Positions 40,328 through 52,457 are shown, counted from the first letter of the whole stretch. The stretch: 62,926 nucleotides of DNA, filler included, from Octopus bimaculoides (GCF_001194135.2; 7 parts of 6 records of this genome joined end to end with filler, not necessarily neighbours in it); one strand, 5' to 3'. Notes: generated by a model from the sequence alone, not told the origin. Translations and numbers: made by a program.

Positions 40328-40774
40328 TAAATATGCGTATAATAATAACAAGATATAATAACAATAACAACAACGTTTATTAAACACAACAAAAACATCA
40401 TATAAAGTATATTTACATAACATTCCTCTACACTAAATGAGAAATACACACACACGTGCACACACATACATATACATAATATATGTGTGTATATATTGTA
40501 TATTGTATGTATCATATATATGCATGTATATATATTGTATATATGGATTTATATATCTGAATTGCACCAGTGATTATAGTTCGTTGTATGACTGTAAATA
40601 AACTTAAAGTTTGAATGTTCAAATTCCTTGTTCTCCTTATTATCAATATTTTACTTTACACTCTGAGTAGTGAGAAATAAATTGTAACATCGGAGGGGAG
40701 ATAAAAGAATTTTACCAAAAATGCACCATTTGAAGGAACCAGCCTTGGAATTTTACATAGAGAATTTGATATCT

Positions 40775-41133
40775 GCTGGAGCACCACTTTAAAGGGTTTT
40801 AATCAAAGAAATTGACCCCAGACTTATTTTATGTAAACTTATTATTGCATCGGTCACTTTTGCTGAATTGCTAAGTTACAGGTACACAAACACATCAGCA
40901 TCAGTTGTCAAGAGATGGTGGGGGGACAAACATAGAAACACACATAAATATATACATATATATATATATATATATATGTGATGGGCTTCTTTAAGTTTCC
41001 TTCTACCAAATCTACTCACAAGGCTTTGGTCAGTCCAAGGCTATAGAAAACGACACTTGCCCAAGGTGCCACACAGTGGGACTGAACCTGAAACCATGTG
41101 GTTGATGAGCAAGCTTCTCACCACACAGCCACC
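40775..41133 (-). mobile_element. SINE family B
   Basis: Reverse complement of the body and head of 36281-36700. Confidence 0.8.
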
Positions 41134-41414
41134 TTCACATTCTGCAATGCTCATTACAGCAGCAATTAAAATCTGGAGAGATACACACCAAATTAAAAAC
41201 AATGACGGGAATGTACAATTATTTTAACATCACACACATATGTACACGAACAAACACACACACACACACACAGAGTCACACTCAGATATACACACACAAA
41301 CACACACTTGTGTTGTATATTTACACATCCATGTACAGGGCATGGAAAAATATGAAAATATTATCGTGATTACATGTTACACACGCACACAACATATATA
41401 CATCAATATATATC

Positions 41415-41625
41415 TTCATCATCGTTTAACGTCCACCTTTCATGCAGGTATGGCTGGGATGGTTTGACAAGAACCGGCCAGACAGAAGCCTGCACCAGAC
41501 TTCTGTGACTGTTTTGGCAGGATTTTTACAGCTGGATGCCCTCCTGAACACCAACCACTCAGCAGAGTGGACTGGATATGTTTTAAGTGGCACCTGCACA
41601 TGTATTGGTCCACTTATGAGTACCC
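41415..41625 (-). mobile_element. RTE-tailed retroposon 3' fragment
   Basis: CATCATCGTTTAACGTCCAC...CAGCTGGATGCCCTCCTGAACACCAACCACTC. Confidence 0.75.
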
Positions 41626-41689
41626 CTCATTCATTAGACAATGAACTTTGCTTGCAAAGACCTACTGAGGCAAGTGAAAACAAATCAAA

Positions 41690-42166
41690 ATCGCTGATGT
41701 GGCCGATGACAGTGCCGCCTAATTGGCACTCGTGCCAGTGGAATGTTAAAAGCACATCCGAGCGTGATTGTTGCCAGGGCTACGGATTGGCTCCCATGTC
41801 AGTGGCATATCAAAAGCACCATTCGAGTGTGATCGCTGCCAGAGTCGCCCTACTGGCACATGTGCCGGTGGCATGTGAAAAACAACATTCGAGCGTAGTT
41901 GTTGTCAGTGCCGCTGGACTAACTCCCGTGCAGGTAGCACGTAAAAAACACCTTTTGAGCATGGTCATTGCCAGAATCACCTGACTGGTGTCGCGTAAAA
42001 GCACCCACTACACTCTTGTAGTGGTTGGCGTTAGGAAGGGCATCCAGCTGTAAAAACTTTGCCAAATCAGATTGGAGTCTGGTGCAGCATTCTGGCTCAC
42101 CAGCAGCCCTCAGTGAAACCATCCAACCCATGCCAGTATGGAAAGTGGACGTTAAACAACAACGAC

Positions 42167-42202
<36 letters not shown>
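41690..42202 (+). mobile_element. RTE-tailed retroposon with about 4.5 internal ~65-bp units
   Basis: Repeated TTGCCAG-N-GACTGGC-N-GTGGCA-N-AAAAGCACCATTCGAG, then the shared 3' end and (GAT)n. Confidence 0.82.
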
Positions 42203-42205
<3 letters not shown>

Positions 42206-42329
42206 ATTAAATATACAACCAAAAGAGTTATTAATAGTTTCATGCTAGCATGGTACTTGAGCAGGCATATTTATAAAATACGCCAAGTGTAAATAGATAG
42301 ATAGATAGATACACACATACATACATATA

Positions 42330-42406
<77 letters not shown>

Positions 42407-42954
42407 AAATGAATTGAAAACAGGATATAAAATGATTGTAACAACAGCATTCACAGCAGCATCAATCAGATCAACAGCAGTAGCAGAAGCAGGTAGCAGC
42501 GGCAGCGGAGGTGATGACATCAGTTCTCAAACTGACGATAACAACTATGATGATGATGTTGATGGTGGTGGTGGTGGTGGCGGTAGCGACGATGGCAGTA
42601 GCATCAATAATGGAGGTCGCAGTTGTAGCGGCAGCAACAGCAGCAGTGGTAGTAGTAGCAGCAGCAGCAGTAGCGGTGGTAATTGCAACAGGATCAGTCT
42701 GTTTCTGTCGAAGCAAAGCTAGCGCAGCGTTGGCAGTGGCGTTGGCGTCACGCGATATGATGCAGCAAGAGGATCGTCTCATCTCTTCGGTCTCGGTCTC
42801 GTCTTCGACTTCCACGAGTCGTACCGGTAGCGTGTCCTGAACAGCCTGACGATGAGTACCTGCGGGGGGATTGAACCCTACACTGTTTCAGTGGACGCCA
42901 AGACAAAAAAAACGAGCGGCAGAGCAGCAGCAGCAACAACAACAAGAATAACAA

Positions 42955-42986
<32 letters not shown>

Positions 42987-43113
42987 ATAACAACAACAAC
43001 ATCAAACAATAATTAGGGAGCAGACAAAAGAACGAAGTGTGTCAGGTGGGTCCATGATGGGGTGCGAGATCGTAAGAGAGCCCTTTTCAAATATACAACA
43101 GAATGATCGTAAA

Positions 43114-43171
43114 ATGGGTGAGCTGGCAGAATCATTAACACAATGGGCAAAATGCTTAGCGGTATTGCAAA
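43114..43171 (+). mobile_element. SINE family A head only, cut at a hairpin
   Basis: GGTGAGCTGGCAGAATCATTAACACAATGGGCAAAATGCTTAGCGGTATT. Confidence 0.75.
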
Positions 43172-43302
43172 CTTACAGCTGTTTCGGCCTAGCGTTGGCA
43201 TGCCCCGTTCTATCCAAATAGCTCCTGCTTCCGCCAATTACTCCGGCAGGAGCTATTCGGATAGAATGGGGCATGCCAACGCTAGGCCGAAACAGTTGTA
43301 AG
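43172..43302. repeat. Near-perfect inverted repeat, 57-bp arms and 17-nt loop
   Basis: 43172-43228 against the reverse complement of 43246-43302 has 3 mismatches. Confidence 0.95.
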
Positions 43303-43876
43303 ATTAAGTTCATGTTTATTCTCAAATTCCTTATGTACTTTTATTTGTAAACCTGGTTGTCAATATAACATGGTTTGTCATAAACACTTGTACTTTGTGG
43401 TTTTTTTGTCATTTTAGTTACAAATTAAGTTAATGAATTCAATGGGATACACTGTCAGCAAGTCGTTGGGTACAGCATATTATCCTCCATTTTCTAATTG
43501 ATATATATATATGTATATATATATATTTATATATATATACATACATATGTATATGTGCTTGTATGTTTGTGTATTTGTATATATATATATATATATATAT
43601 ATATGGGTTTGCATATTCATGTATGTGTCTATGTGTGTGTACCTATGTATATATATATATACATAACATTTTCTGGGGCTTCATATCATCATAATAATCA
43701 TCATCATCATCCAGAGTTTTAAATCCAGGTATATAGATAGACAGAAAGATAAATAGATATGTATATATATNNNNNNNNNNNNNNNNNNNNNNNNNNNNNN
43801 NNNNNNNNNNNNNNNNNNNNNNNNNNNNNNNNNNNNNNNNNNNNNNNNNNNNNNNNNNNNNNNNNNNNNNNNNNNN

Positions 43877-43933
<57 letters not shown>

Positions 43934-44297
43934 ATGTATATATATATACATATCCACACACATATACAAAAACATATATTATATGTAAAAAATACAAATA
44001 AATGCACAAACACTAACATACATACTCACAACGTCCACACACACACACACATGCTGATACACATACTAATTAAAAATAGAGCCAGGTGATACAGATCAAA
44101 CTATGTTGATGCAGCTATCACCATATACGATGGACAAAGTGCAAAGTTTTAAAAATGGTGTCACTGTCCTAGTTGGTTTGATTCTGTAATCAATTATTTG
44201 GAGTAGTTCTCATCTAGTTCACACTAATTCGTTACCTCAGTGTATAGGTGTATGTAGGAACATATGGGTATTTATAGATTATATATGTGTGTGTATG

Positions 44298-44335
<38 letters not shown>

Positions 44336-44338
44336 TAT

Positions 44339-44669
44339 AGGCATGGGAGTGGCTGCGTGGTAAGAAGCTTGCCTCCCTACCACATGGTTCCGGGTTCAGT
44401 CCTACTGCGTGGAAACTTGGGCAAGTGTCTTCTACTATAGCCTCAGGTAGACGAAAGTCTTGTGAGTTGACTTGGTAGACGGAAACTGAAAGAAGCCCAT
44501 CATATATATGTGGCTGTGTGGTAAGTAGCTTGCTTACCAACCACATAGTTCTGGGTTCATTCCCACTGCGTGGCACCTTGGGCAAGTGTCATCTACTATA
44601 GCCTCGGGCCGACCAAAGCCTTGTGAGTGGATTTGGTAGATGGGAACTGAAAGAAGCCCGTCGTATATA
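44339..44669 (+). mobile_element. Head-to-tail dimer of SINE family B 5' halves
   Basis: GTGGCTG(C/T)GTGGTAAG...GGAAACTGAAAGAAGCCC occurs twice, separated by (TA)n. Confidence 0.85.
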
Positions 44670-44867
44670 NNNNNNNNNNNNNNNNNNNNNNNNNNNNNNN
44701 NNNNNNNNNNNNNTTAATTAATTAANNNNNNNNNNNNNNNNNNNNNNNNNNNNNNNNNNNNNNNNNNNNATATATATATATATATATAGGGAGAAAACTA
44801 CAGATGGTGACATGTGGTGTAGAAAACAAATAGATGTATTAGTATAACGTTCGGGAATTGAGAAAGT

Positions 44868-44903
44868 CTTTAACGTTTCGAGCCTACGCTCTTCCACAGA
44901 AAG
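44868..44903 (-). ncRNA. Minimal type-I hammerhead-ribozyme-like motif (variant core)
   Basis: Minus strand CTTT-CTGTGGA-A-GAGC-GTAG-GCTC-GAAA-CG-T-T-AAAG. Stems I and II pair fully, stem III is palindromic ACGT, and there is one core change (A6 to U). Confidence 0.55.
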
Positions 44904-45616
44904 GAACACAGAAAGAAACAATGAGAGAAACAAAGAGAGAAGAAAAATGTGTGTAGTGGTTATTTCCAGGTGCTTGTTCTACAGAACTTAAACGAAGGAT
45001 ACTAACAAACATTGTCTACCGAACGAAACTAGCTCTAATGATAGGAATGACAATTCGGCAGTTACTAAAATATGATCCCGAAACTGATTCTAGCGCTCTT
45101 TCGTTTGTTTCAGTCACTGCACCCTATCCATGCTGGAGCACAAGTTTCCTTATCTTTTCATAATTGTATATTTCGAAACCCAGAATATTAATTCAGTATT
45201 CATTGTTCCTCAAAATGATAGGTTATAATTTTTGACTTCAAGCAAAGCAACAACGGTTAATTCGTTTCATTATTGGTCCTGCTTTAAGACAACAAACGTA
45301 ATTTTTCTCCTTTTAATTATTCTTTTTGAATATGGAGGCGTTGTTCTGTTAGAATTTCCAAACGTTTAATTACTTCATCACTGCATCTCTTTCAACGTGA
45401 GCGAGAACGAAGTGTTGAAACTTAATGTAGAAAAAGAAACAAAAACAGGACGGAAAAAGAGAGAGTAATAATCATTATCATCAGAGACCTGTCAGACAAA
45501 CCTAGAGAGAATAGCCTGCAAATAATGTAATTCCTATCGCTGCATATTCAAATGAATTTTGCCATGACTTTATTAATAATTAAATTACTGTACGAGTATA
45601 TATTATTGACATCAAT

Positions 45617-46420
45617 ACCTGATGAAATAATGTATATTCGAATCTCCTGTAATTCTGCCTGTCCATCGCACCAAAATGATGTTATGATTGGTAAAACCTG
45701 AAATTCAGGGAAGCGGTTAATCGATTACATGACCAGTGTATTATTTATCGATCCTTCAAGATTTAAAGGCAAAATTGTCCTCGGCGAAATTTGAACTCAG
45801 ACCGCAAAACTACCTGATGAAATACTGTATATTCGAATCTCCTGTAATTCTGCCCNNNNNNNNNNNNNNNNNNNNNNNNNNNNNNNNNNNNNNNNNNNNN
45901 NNNNNNNNNNNNNNNNNNNNNNNNNNNNNNNNNNNNNNNNNNNNNNNNNNNNNNNNNNNNNNNNNNNNNNNNNNNNNNNNNNNNNNNNNNNNNNNNNNNN
46001 NNNNNNNNNNNNNNNNNNNNNNNNNNNNNNNNNNNNNNNNNNNNNNNNNNNNNNNNNNNNNNNNNNNNNNNNNNNNNNNNNNNNNNNNNNNNNNNNNNNN
46101 NNNNNNNNNNNNNNNNNNNNNNNNNNNNNNNNNNNNNNNNNNNNNNNNNNNNNNNNNNNNNNNNNNNNNNNNNNNNNNNNNNNNNNNNNNNNNNNNNNNN
46201 NNNNNNNNNNNNNNNNNNNNNNNNNNNNNNNNNNNNNNNNNNNNNNTAAAACCTGAAATTCAGGGAAGCGGTTAATCGATTACATGACCAGTGTATTATT
46301 TATCGATCCTTCAAGATTTAAAGGCAAAATTGTCCTCGGCGAAATTTGAACTCAGACCGCAAAACTACCTGATGAAATACTGTATATTCGAATCTCCTGT
46401 AATTCTGCCCGTCCATCGCA
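45617..46420. repeat. ~195-bp tandem unit containing a SINE A fragment, spanning a gap
   Basis: ACCTGATGAAATA at 45617 and 45812. 45692-45855 is repeated essentially identically from 46247. Confidence 0.8.
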
Positions 46421-47261
46421 GCACAACGATGTTATCGTTGGCAGATAGCCATATAGCAATGGGGAGAGTTAGTCGATTATATGATACAATATAACATGAC
46501 TGTTATTTCATAGAATGAAACATAGGAGAATGAAATAAAATAAAATATAATGAAACAGATAAGTAAATATAGCTTCGTCATATGTGATCTCTATGGAATT
46601 GTAAAGAGCATCAGTGGCGAAATTAAATTAAAAATGGCCCCAAATGGTAATCGATAACAGCTTAGAGTTTTGTCTCACCAGGTGCTTTTACTTACACTTT
46701 GGTAATTGATAAACATTCCAGTATTCTCTATTGACAGGAAAAGCTTCTTATCTTGTGACGAGAACATTGAAATATTCACAGTGAGTAGATAGGCCAAAAA
46801 GACTTTTACGATATCTACTTCAAAGCTTCACATATCTGTGTCAATTCCAACTAACGTTCTAATTTTGCCTTTTATATCATTACACTCAGAGATATAAGTG
46901 CTACTAATATACAGAAAGACGTGTCTATCGATGCTGACGGATACACATAACTTTTTCTCATTTTATTTTATAAATATAGATCTTGTTTCTAATGAGGATA
47001 TCAATATAACGATTTCATCTTATCAGCTTCTTCACCGAAGACATCAATATAATAGTACTCTTAAGTAATGGAAATAAGTGTGTGCACAATGAGTGGAACA
47101 GTGTCATTTAAATTGTCATACTGGTAATATTGTATTATTCTGCTTTCAAATTCTGCTTCATTCTATTCGCAACTGTTTTACTGGAGAATTAGGGCTTGTT
47201 AAGAATAAAGGATAATTATGAATTGATGCTAGTTTCATTATATAATGTACATATAAATATT

Positions 47262-47433
47262 GGCTTCAAATTTTGGCACAAAGTCAGTAATTTCAGAGGA
47301 GGGTGTAAGTTGTTTACATCGACCCCATTGTAAGGACCAGTGTTCAACTGGTCCTTATGTCATCGACCCCGATAGGATGAAAGGCATTGTCAGCCTCGGC
47401 ATAATTTGAACTAAATCGTAAAGACATTTCGCC
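47262..47433 (-). mobile_element. SINE family A fragment
   Basis: CATCGACCCCGATAGGATGAAAGGCATTGTCAGCCTCGGC. Confidence 0.7.
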
Positions 47434-47671
47434 TTAATGATTTAGTGAATAGTTGACACACGATGTTGATGACTGTCCACACGTGACCGAGGAGGAACAT
47501 CAATGAGCAATAAACTCATTGTATAGTAAGACAAAACTATACTTTATACTGTGGCACTATGGTGACGAATGAGTCCAGCTCTTCAGAGATATACACGTTC
47601 ACAGATTCTGCAGACCAGCCGTTCCCTATTCATTAGACCGGTAGTATGTCTTTGAGTTTCTGTTGTTCCGT

Positions 47672-47850
47672 TCTTGTATTTCAAAGGGCCAGCCTTGTCA
47701 CACTCTGTGTCACGCTGAATCTCCCCGAGAACTACGTTAAGGGTACACGTGTTTGTGGAGTGGTCAGCCACTTACACGTTAATTCCACGAGCAGATTGTT
47801 CCGTCGATCGGATCAACTGAAACCTTCGTTGTCGTAACCGACGGAGTGCT
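47672..47850 (+). mobile_element. SINE family C, 3' half
   Basis: Collinear with the reverse complement of 2095-2280. Confidence 0.82.
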
Positions 47851-49085
47851 ACGATATGTGTACAATTGTGCATATGAGTGTATATGTTTTTGTGGAATTT
47901 TAAATTTTGTGTTGTGCTGTATATGTGTGAGAGAGTCTGTGTGTGCGTGAGTGGTTTTTCATGGTTACATTCAAATATGAACAAATTATGTTTGACTATA
48001 AGTCCAAACGCTTCACATACATATAAATATACAAATTCTTCCACCTAACAAAATTTAGAAACTTAGAAATATAAAATTTAAAAGAGATATTATTTTAATA
48101 TTTACTTTAATTCGATTAATTTTCATTTTGCACAATCCTAATTCGATCAATTATATTTTCAGTTAAAAGCTTCTGTTGAATAATTTTCTATCCCTTGTTT
48201 ACACACACATTTACGAATATGATTTAATTGCTACATCTTCCAGACGAACTAATCTACATGCAATACCTAATACAATAAATTAATTAATATTTAACAATAT
48301 GCTATCTACTGTCCAGCGGTGATCTGTCAGATCAAATTGCGTCGAAGTCGACTTTGCCTTCCATCCTTTTGAGCACCATTAACCATCATGGGCCGGTGGG
48401 ATTGGAATTATACAAACGGCCATTGGGTTCCCCATTTATTTTTACACATTTTTGCACTATCCATAAAGTAATATTTTTTAAAATCTTGTATATAAGTGTG
48501 AGTACATGATGCAGTACAAGAAATTTAGTACTTTTTAAAAAATAGTTTTATAAAGTATACATATAGTACTAGATATAAAATAAAACAAAAAGAATAAAAG
48601 AAAACAAGTATATTGATTCATACCTGTATAAATACGAAGAAAATTGACTTGCAGTTCATCAGAATATCTGAAAAAAGCACACAAAAAAATTAATTGCANN
48701 NNNNNNNNNNNNNNNNNNNNNNNNNNNNNNNNNNNNNNNNNNNNNNNNNNNNNNNNNNNNNNNNNNNNNNNNNNNNNNNNNNNNNNNNNNNNNNNNNNNN
48801 NNNNNNNNNNTCACAAAATGATCATATTTTATGTTATAACATCAATGACTGGAAATTTTGAGCATAAATTTTGTATGTGCATACATAAACTATTGGCAAT
48901 AAAAGTCTTGTGATACAAAATCATTTTAATCAAAGATGTAAAAGATACATAACTTTTAAAATTTGCTGGGGGTCTCAACGGAACCCGCTGTTCCACGTGA
49001 AGCTTGGTGTGGTGGTCGATGTAATCAATGAGTAATCTCCCCTAAAGTTTAAATCATTCTACCTATGCTGGAAAAATTCTTTATT

Positions 49086-49488
49086 AATCTAGGCACAAGG
49101 CCCGAAATTTTTGGGGAGGAGGCCCGTCGATTAGATCAATTCCAGTACGACCCCGAAAGGATGAAAGGCAAAGTCGACCTCGGTGGAATTTGAAATCAGA
49201 GCGTAATGACAGACGAAGTACCGCTAAGCATTTCGCCCGGCGTGCTAACGTTTCTTATTCCTTTAGTGCCCACAAGGGGCTAAACATAGAGCGAACAAAC
49301 AAGAACAGATAAAGAGATTAAGTCGATTACATCTAACCCAGTGCGTAACTGGTACTTAATTTATCGACCCCGAAAGGATGAAAGACAAAGTCAACCTCGG
49401 CGGAATTTGTACTCAGAACGTAATGACAGACGAAGTATTGCTAAGCATTTCGCCCGGCGTGCTAACGATCCTACCAGCTCCCCGCCTT
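49086..49488 (-). mobile_element. Two tandem SINE family A copies
   Basis: CGACCCCGAAAGGATGAAAG(G/A)CAAAGTC...GCATTTCGCCCGGCGTGCTAACG at about 49148-49250 and 49365-49467. Confidence 0.88.
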
Positions 49489-49968
49489 CTTATGCTGGAA
49501 AAATTTACGTTATCTATGTCTGTTTGTATTCCTCTACATGAGAATATGCATTGAAATTGGTCCGGCAAACGGCGGGGGTATTTTCTATGCCTAAAAGTAC
49601 ATTGTCAAGAATATGGAAATATGAAGACGCAAATTTGAATAGGAAAATAAATCTAAATACCAATGAACTACGGTGAAGTGATTGACTGAAAATTCAAAAC
49701 AAGTGTTGTATTCTTATTTCTTTTTTCTTTCGTATTATTGTATTCATGAAACATTATACACATTTATCCAGACAACGCGCATGTATTGTGTTTTGTTTAT
49801 GTGTGAAGATTGCAATGTGTGTGTATTCGTATTTCTGTGTGGATGTTGGTTCTAATATGTGAGGATATATACCATCTTGCATCGTTTAGTATTCTCTACA
49901 TTATTGTTAAGTCTAAGAATTTAATCGTTGTATTGATCTCATCTCATTTTATAAACTCTATTTCACTG

Positions 49969-50010
<42 letters not shown>

Positions 50011-50519
50011 CCTCAAGCGCGTGCGTGCCCACATATCTCCATACACACGTCTGCATTCAGACATTTCTTTATCCGTTTCTCATTTTTTCTACTTATGCTG
50101 TCTTCCCATTATATCTATACCTATTTCTTTATACATATATCTAGAAGTCTTTTATCCTATATCTTGACGGGGTGCTCGGAATAAATACGTAAATAGATAA
50201 TAAAATAATGAATTCTAATTTGCATAGTACAAAAATAATTTTGAAAAATCAGTATGTATTTAAATTTCAAATTGACAAATACATTTAGTGGAGGCAGACA
50301 GGGAGAAATATGTAGTTGATTTTACACTAAAAGATTATGGTTCGAAATCTCGTCTTGGTTATAGCAGTAAATTTCTTAAAAAATAGTAAGGTCCAATTGT
50401 TATACATGGGTACTATTAATTGGTTTATTCTGGACATAAAACAAAAAATTCAAATTTACGTAATTTTCATTATTTACATTATTTACATTTGACGGATATT
50501 TGTCCTCATCTTGTTTGTC

Positions 50520-50565
50520 AACACAGCGTTTCGACTGATATACCCTCCAGCCTTCATCAAGTGTC
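50520..50565 (-). ncRNA. Minimal type-I hammerhead-ribozyme-like motif in a probable PLE terminal-repeat fragment
   Basis: Minus strand GACAC-TTGATGA-A-GGCTG-GAGGGTATAT-CAGTC-GAAA-CG-C-T-GTGTT, with two core transitions (C3 to U, U16.1 to C). Confidence 0.65.
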
Positions 50566-51399
50566 CTGGGGAAATTTCGAACCTGGGTTCTCATTCGCGT
50601 TTCGAGATTAAAGTAAAGTTATATTTACTTACTTATTTCCCATCTTCAGTGCAGCATTTCGAGATATAAATTTGAGAGTGTTATATATATATATATATAA
50701 TACTCATGCGTTTTATAAATAAATATATATATATACAATGAATCATAATTTGAATAGCTGTTTTTGTGTAACCCGACTGCTGTCTACTGCATGTTTTGTA
50801 AATTCAGCAACGTGTCATGATAAAAGGAAATGTGTGCTAGCGGAACTACTTCAAAGTGATTTATTGAATAATTGTAAGTGTGTTTTAGAGTCATTAAACA
50901 ATAACATTTTTTTTTGAGGTACGCACAACTTCAAAAGCAGTTTATTTCCAGTTCATGTCTCAATCATTGCACATTTATTGTGTTGTTCTTGCAGATTTAA
51001 AATCATCATTGCGAAATACATCACACGTTATTACTTTAAAGCAAATGACACTTAGATTTGAAAAGACAACTTACATACTCTGATCGTGAACGCAACAAGA
51101 GTTGTTTAATCTAGTAGTGTGGTAAATAATGATAGAGAGTGTTTCAGAAGAAAAAAAAAAACTATAGATGATGGACGAATTAGATGAAAGAATGTTTTTG
51201 ACAACGCAGACGGAGACTAATGACAACATTCCGAGTTCACGAGTATCTCGAGTATCTGCATCTCGATTTTGAGGCACGAGAAGAAAAAGAGCACTGAGTA
51301 ATAAAAAGAGACTAAGAAAATTAGTTTGTGGCAGCGACGGCTAATATTAAGTCCGCCTTCCAATTTGAGGATCAATGCGCCCCGCCACATTAATAAAAT

Positions 51400-51560
51400 T
51401 AAATCATTGATCAATAATAGACAAGAGATATGTGAGGTAAAATTTGAATAGTATAGAAATACCATTCTGCACATAACAGAATCCTACCTCTTCCCGTGTA
51501 TCCGTGCAGAACTACCAACTTGTTACCTTTCACCATTTTCTCCTGCTCGTGGGGTGTTCA
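51400..51560 (+). mobile_element. Possible LINE APE N-terminal remnant
   Basis: KSLINNRQEICEVKFE*YRNTILHITESYL resembles N-x-RSL-x-NK...DII-x-ITE(S/T)WL. Confidence 0.35.
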
Positions 51561-52239
51561 CCCGATACATCAAATATCCTAGATAAATAGTTATTGCAAA
51601 TTGGCACAAGAAATTGTAACTCTGTGAAAAATGTTATCTCTTCTTCGCACATCTCAAGAACGGATTTAGAAGACGCAGGATTTATGTAGTAAAATTAAGG
51701 CTTATGGCGTAATGCTTTTAATTAGAGAAATTGTTGTCTGTATAAGTTGTCTGTAAATTAAAACTATAAATGATTTGTCATTAAAATAGTGGTATACTTA
51801 TATCTAGAAAAGTTTAGCCTCAAATGTGCTCAACACTTAATATCTTATATTTGTAGCAGACGATACAAATTTATTTTGAATTTTCAAACTCTTATATGAA
51901 ACTGAGGCTGACCATTCAAATGGTGCTTCTCGGTGTCACCTTGAAGAAAAAAATTCTGTTTAGAGATCAATTATTAGACAGAAACGAGTTGTGTAATCTG
52001 GACAATTACAACTGCAATAATATGATTATATGTTTGAGGGAATATGTAATCAATAGCCTGCACTGAACGTAATGGTTCCAACACGAGGCGTACCATTCGA
52101 AAACTACATATTAGTATGAAGGTGCACGTGCAGAGAGACACATATTGAAAAATTCGCGGAGTAGTACAATACTGAGGACCCTATCGTTACTCTCATGCCA
52201 GAAGTGGAGGAATTTGACGATCAACTGGGCCCTTCTAAC

Positions 52240-52457
52240 TATAGGTTTCAAATTTTAGGCACAAGGCCAGCGATTTCGAGGGAGGGGAATTGTCGATTAC
52301 ATCGACCCAAGTACTCAGCTGTTATTTATTTTATCGAACTTGGTAGGATGTAAGGCAAGGTCGAACTCAGCAGCATCTGAACGTAGAACGTAAAGACGGA
52401 CGAAATGACGTTAAGCATTTTGCCTGGCGTGATAGCGATTCTGCAGACTCGCCGCAT
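52240..52457 (-). mobile_element. SINE family A
   Basis: AGGCACAAGGCCAGCGATTTCGAGGG...GTAAAGACGGACGAAATG...GACTCGCC. Confidence 0.8.

Noticed and set aside
47550-47592. Minus-strand CTGAAGA core
   Set aside because: No GAAA or stem II closure.
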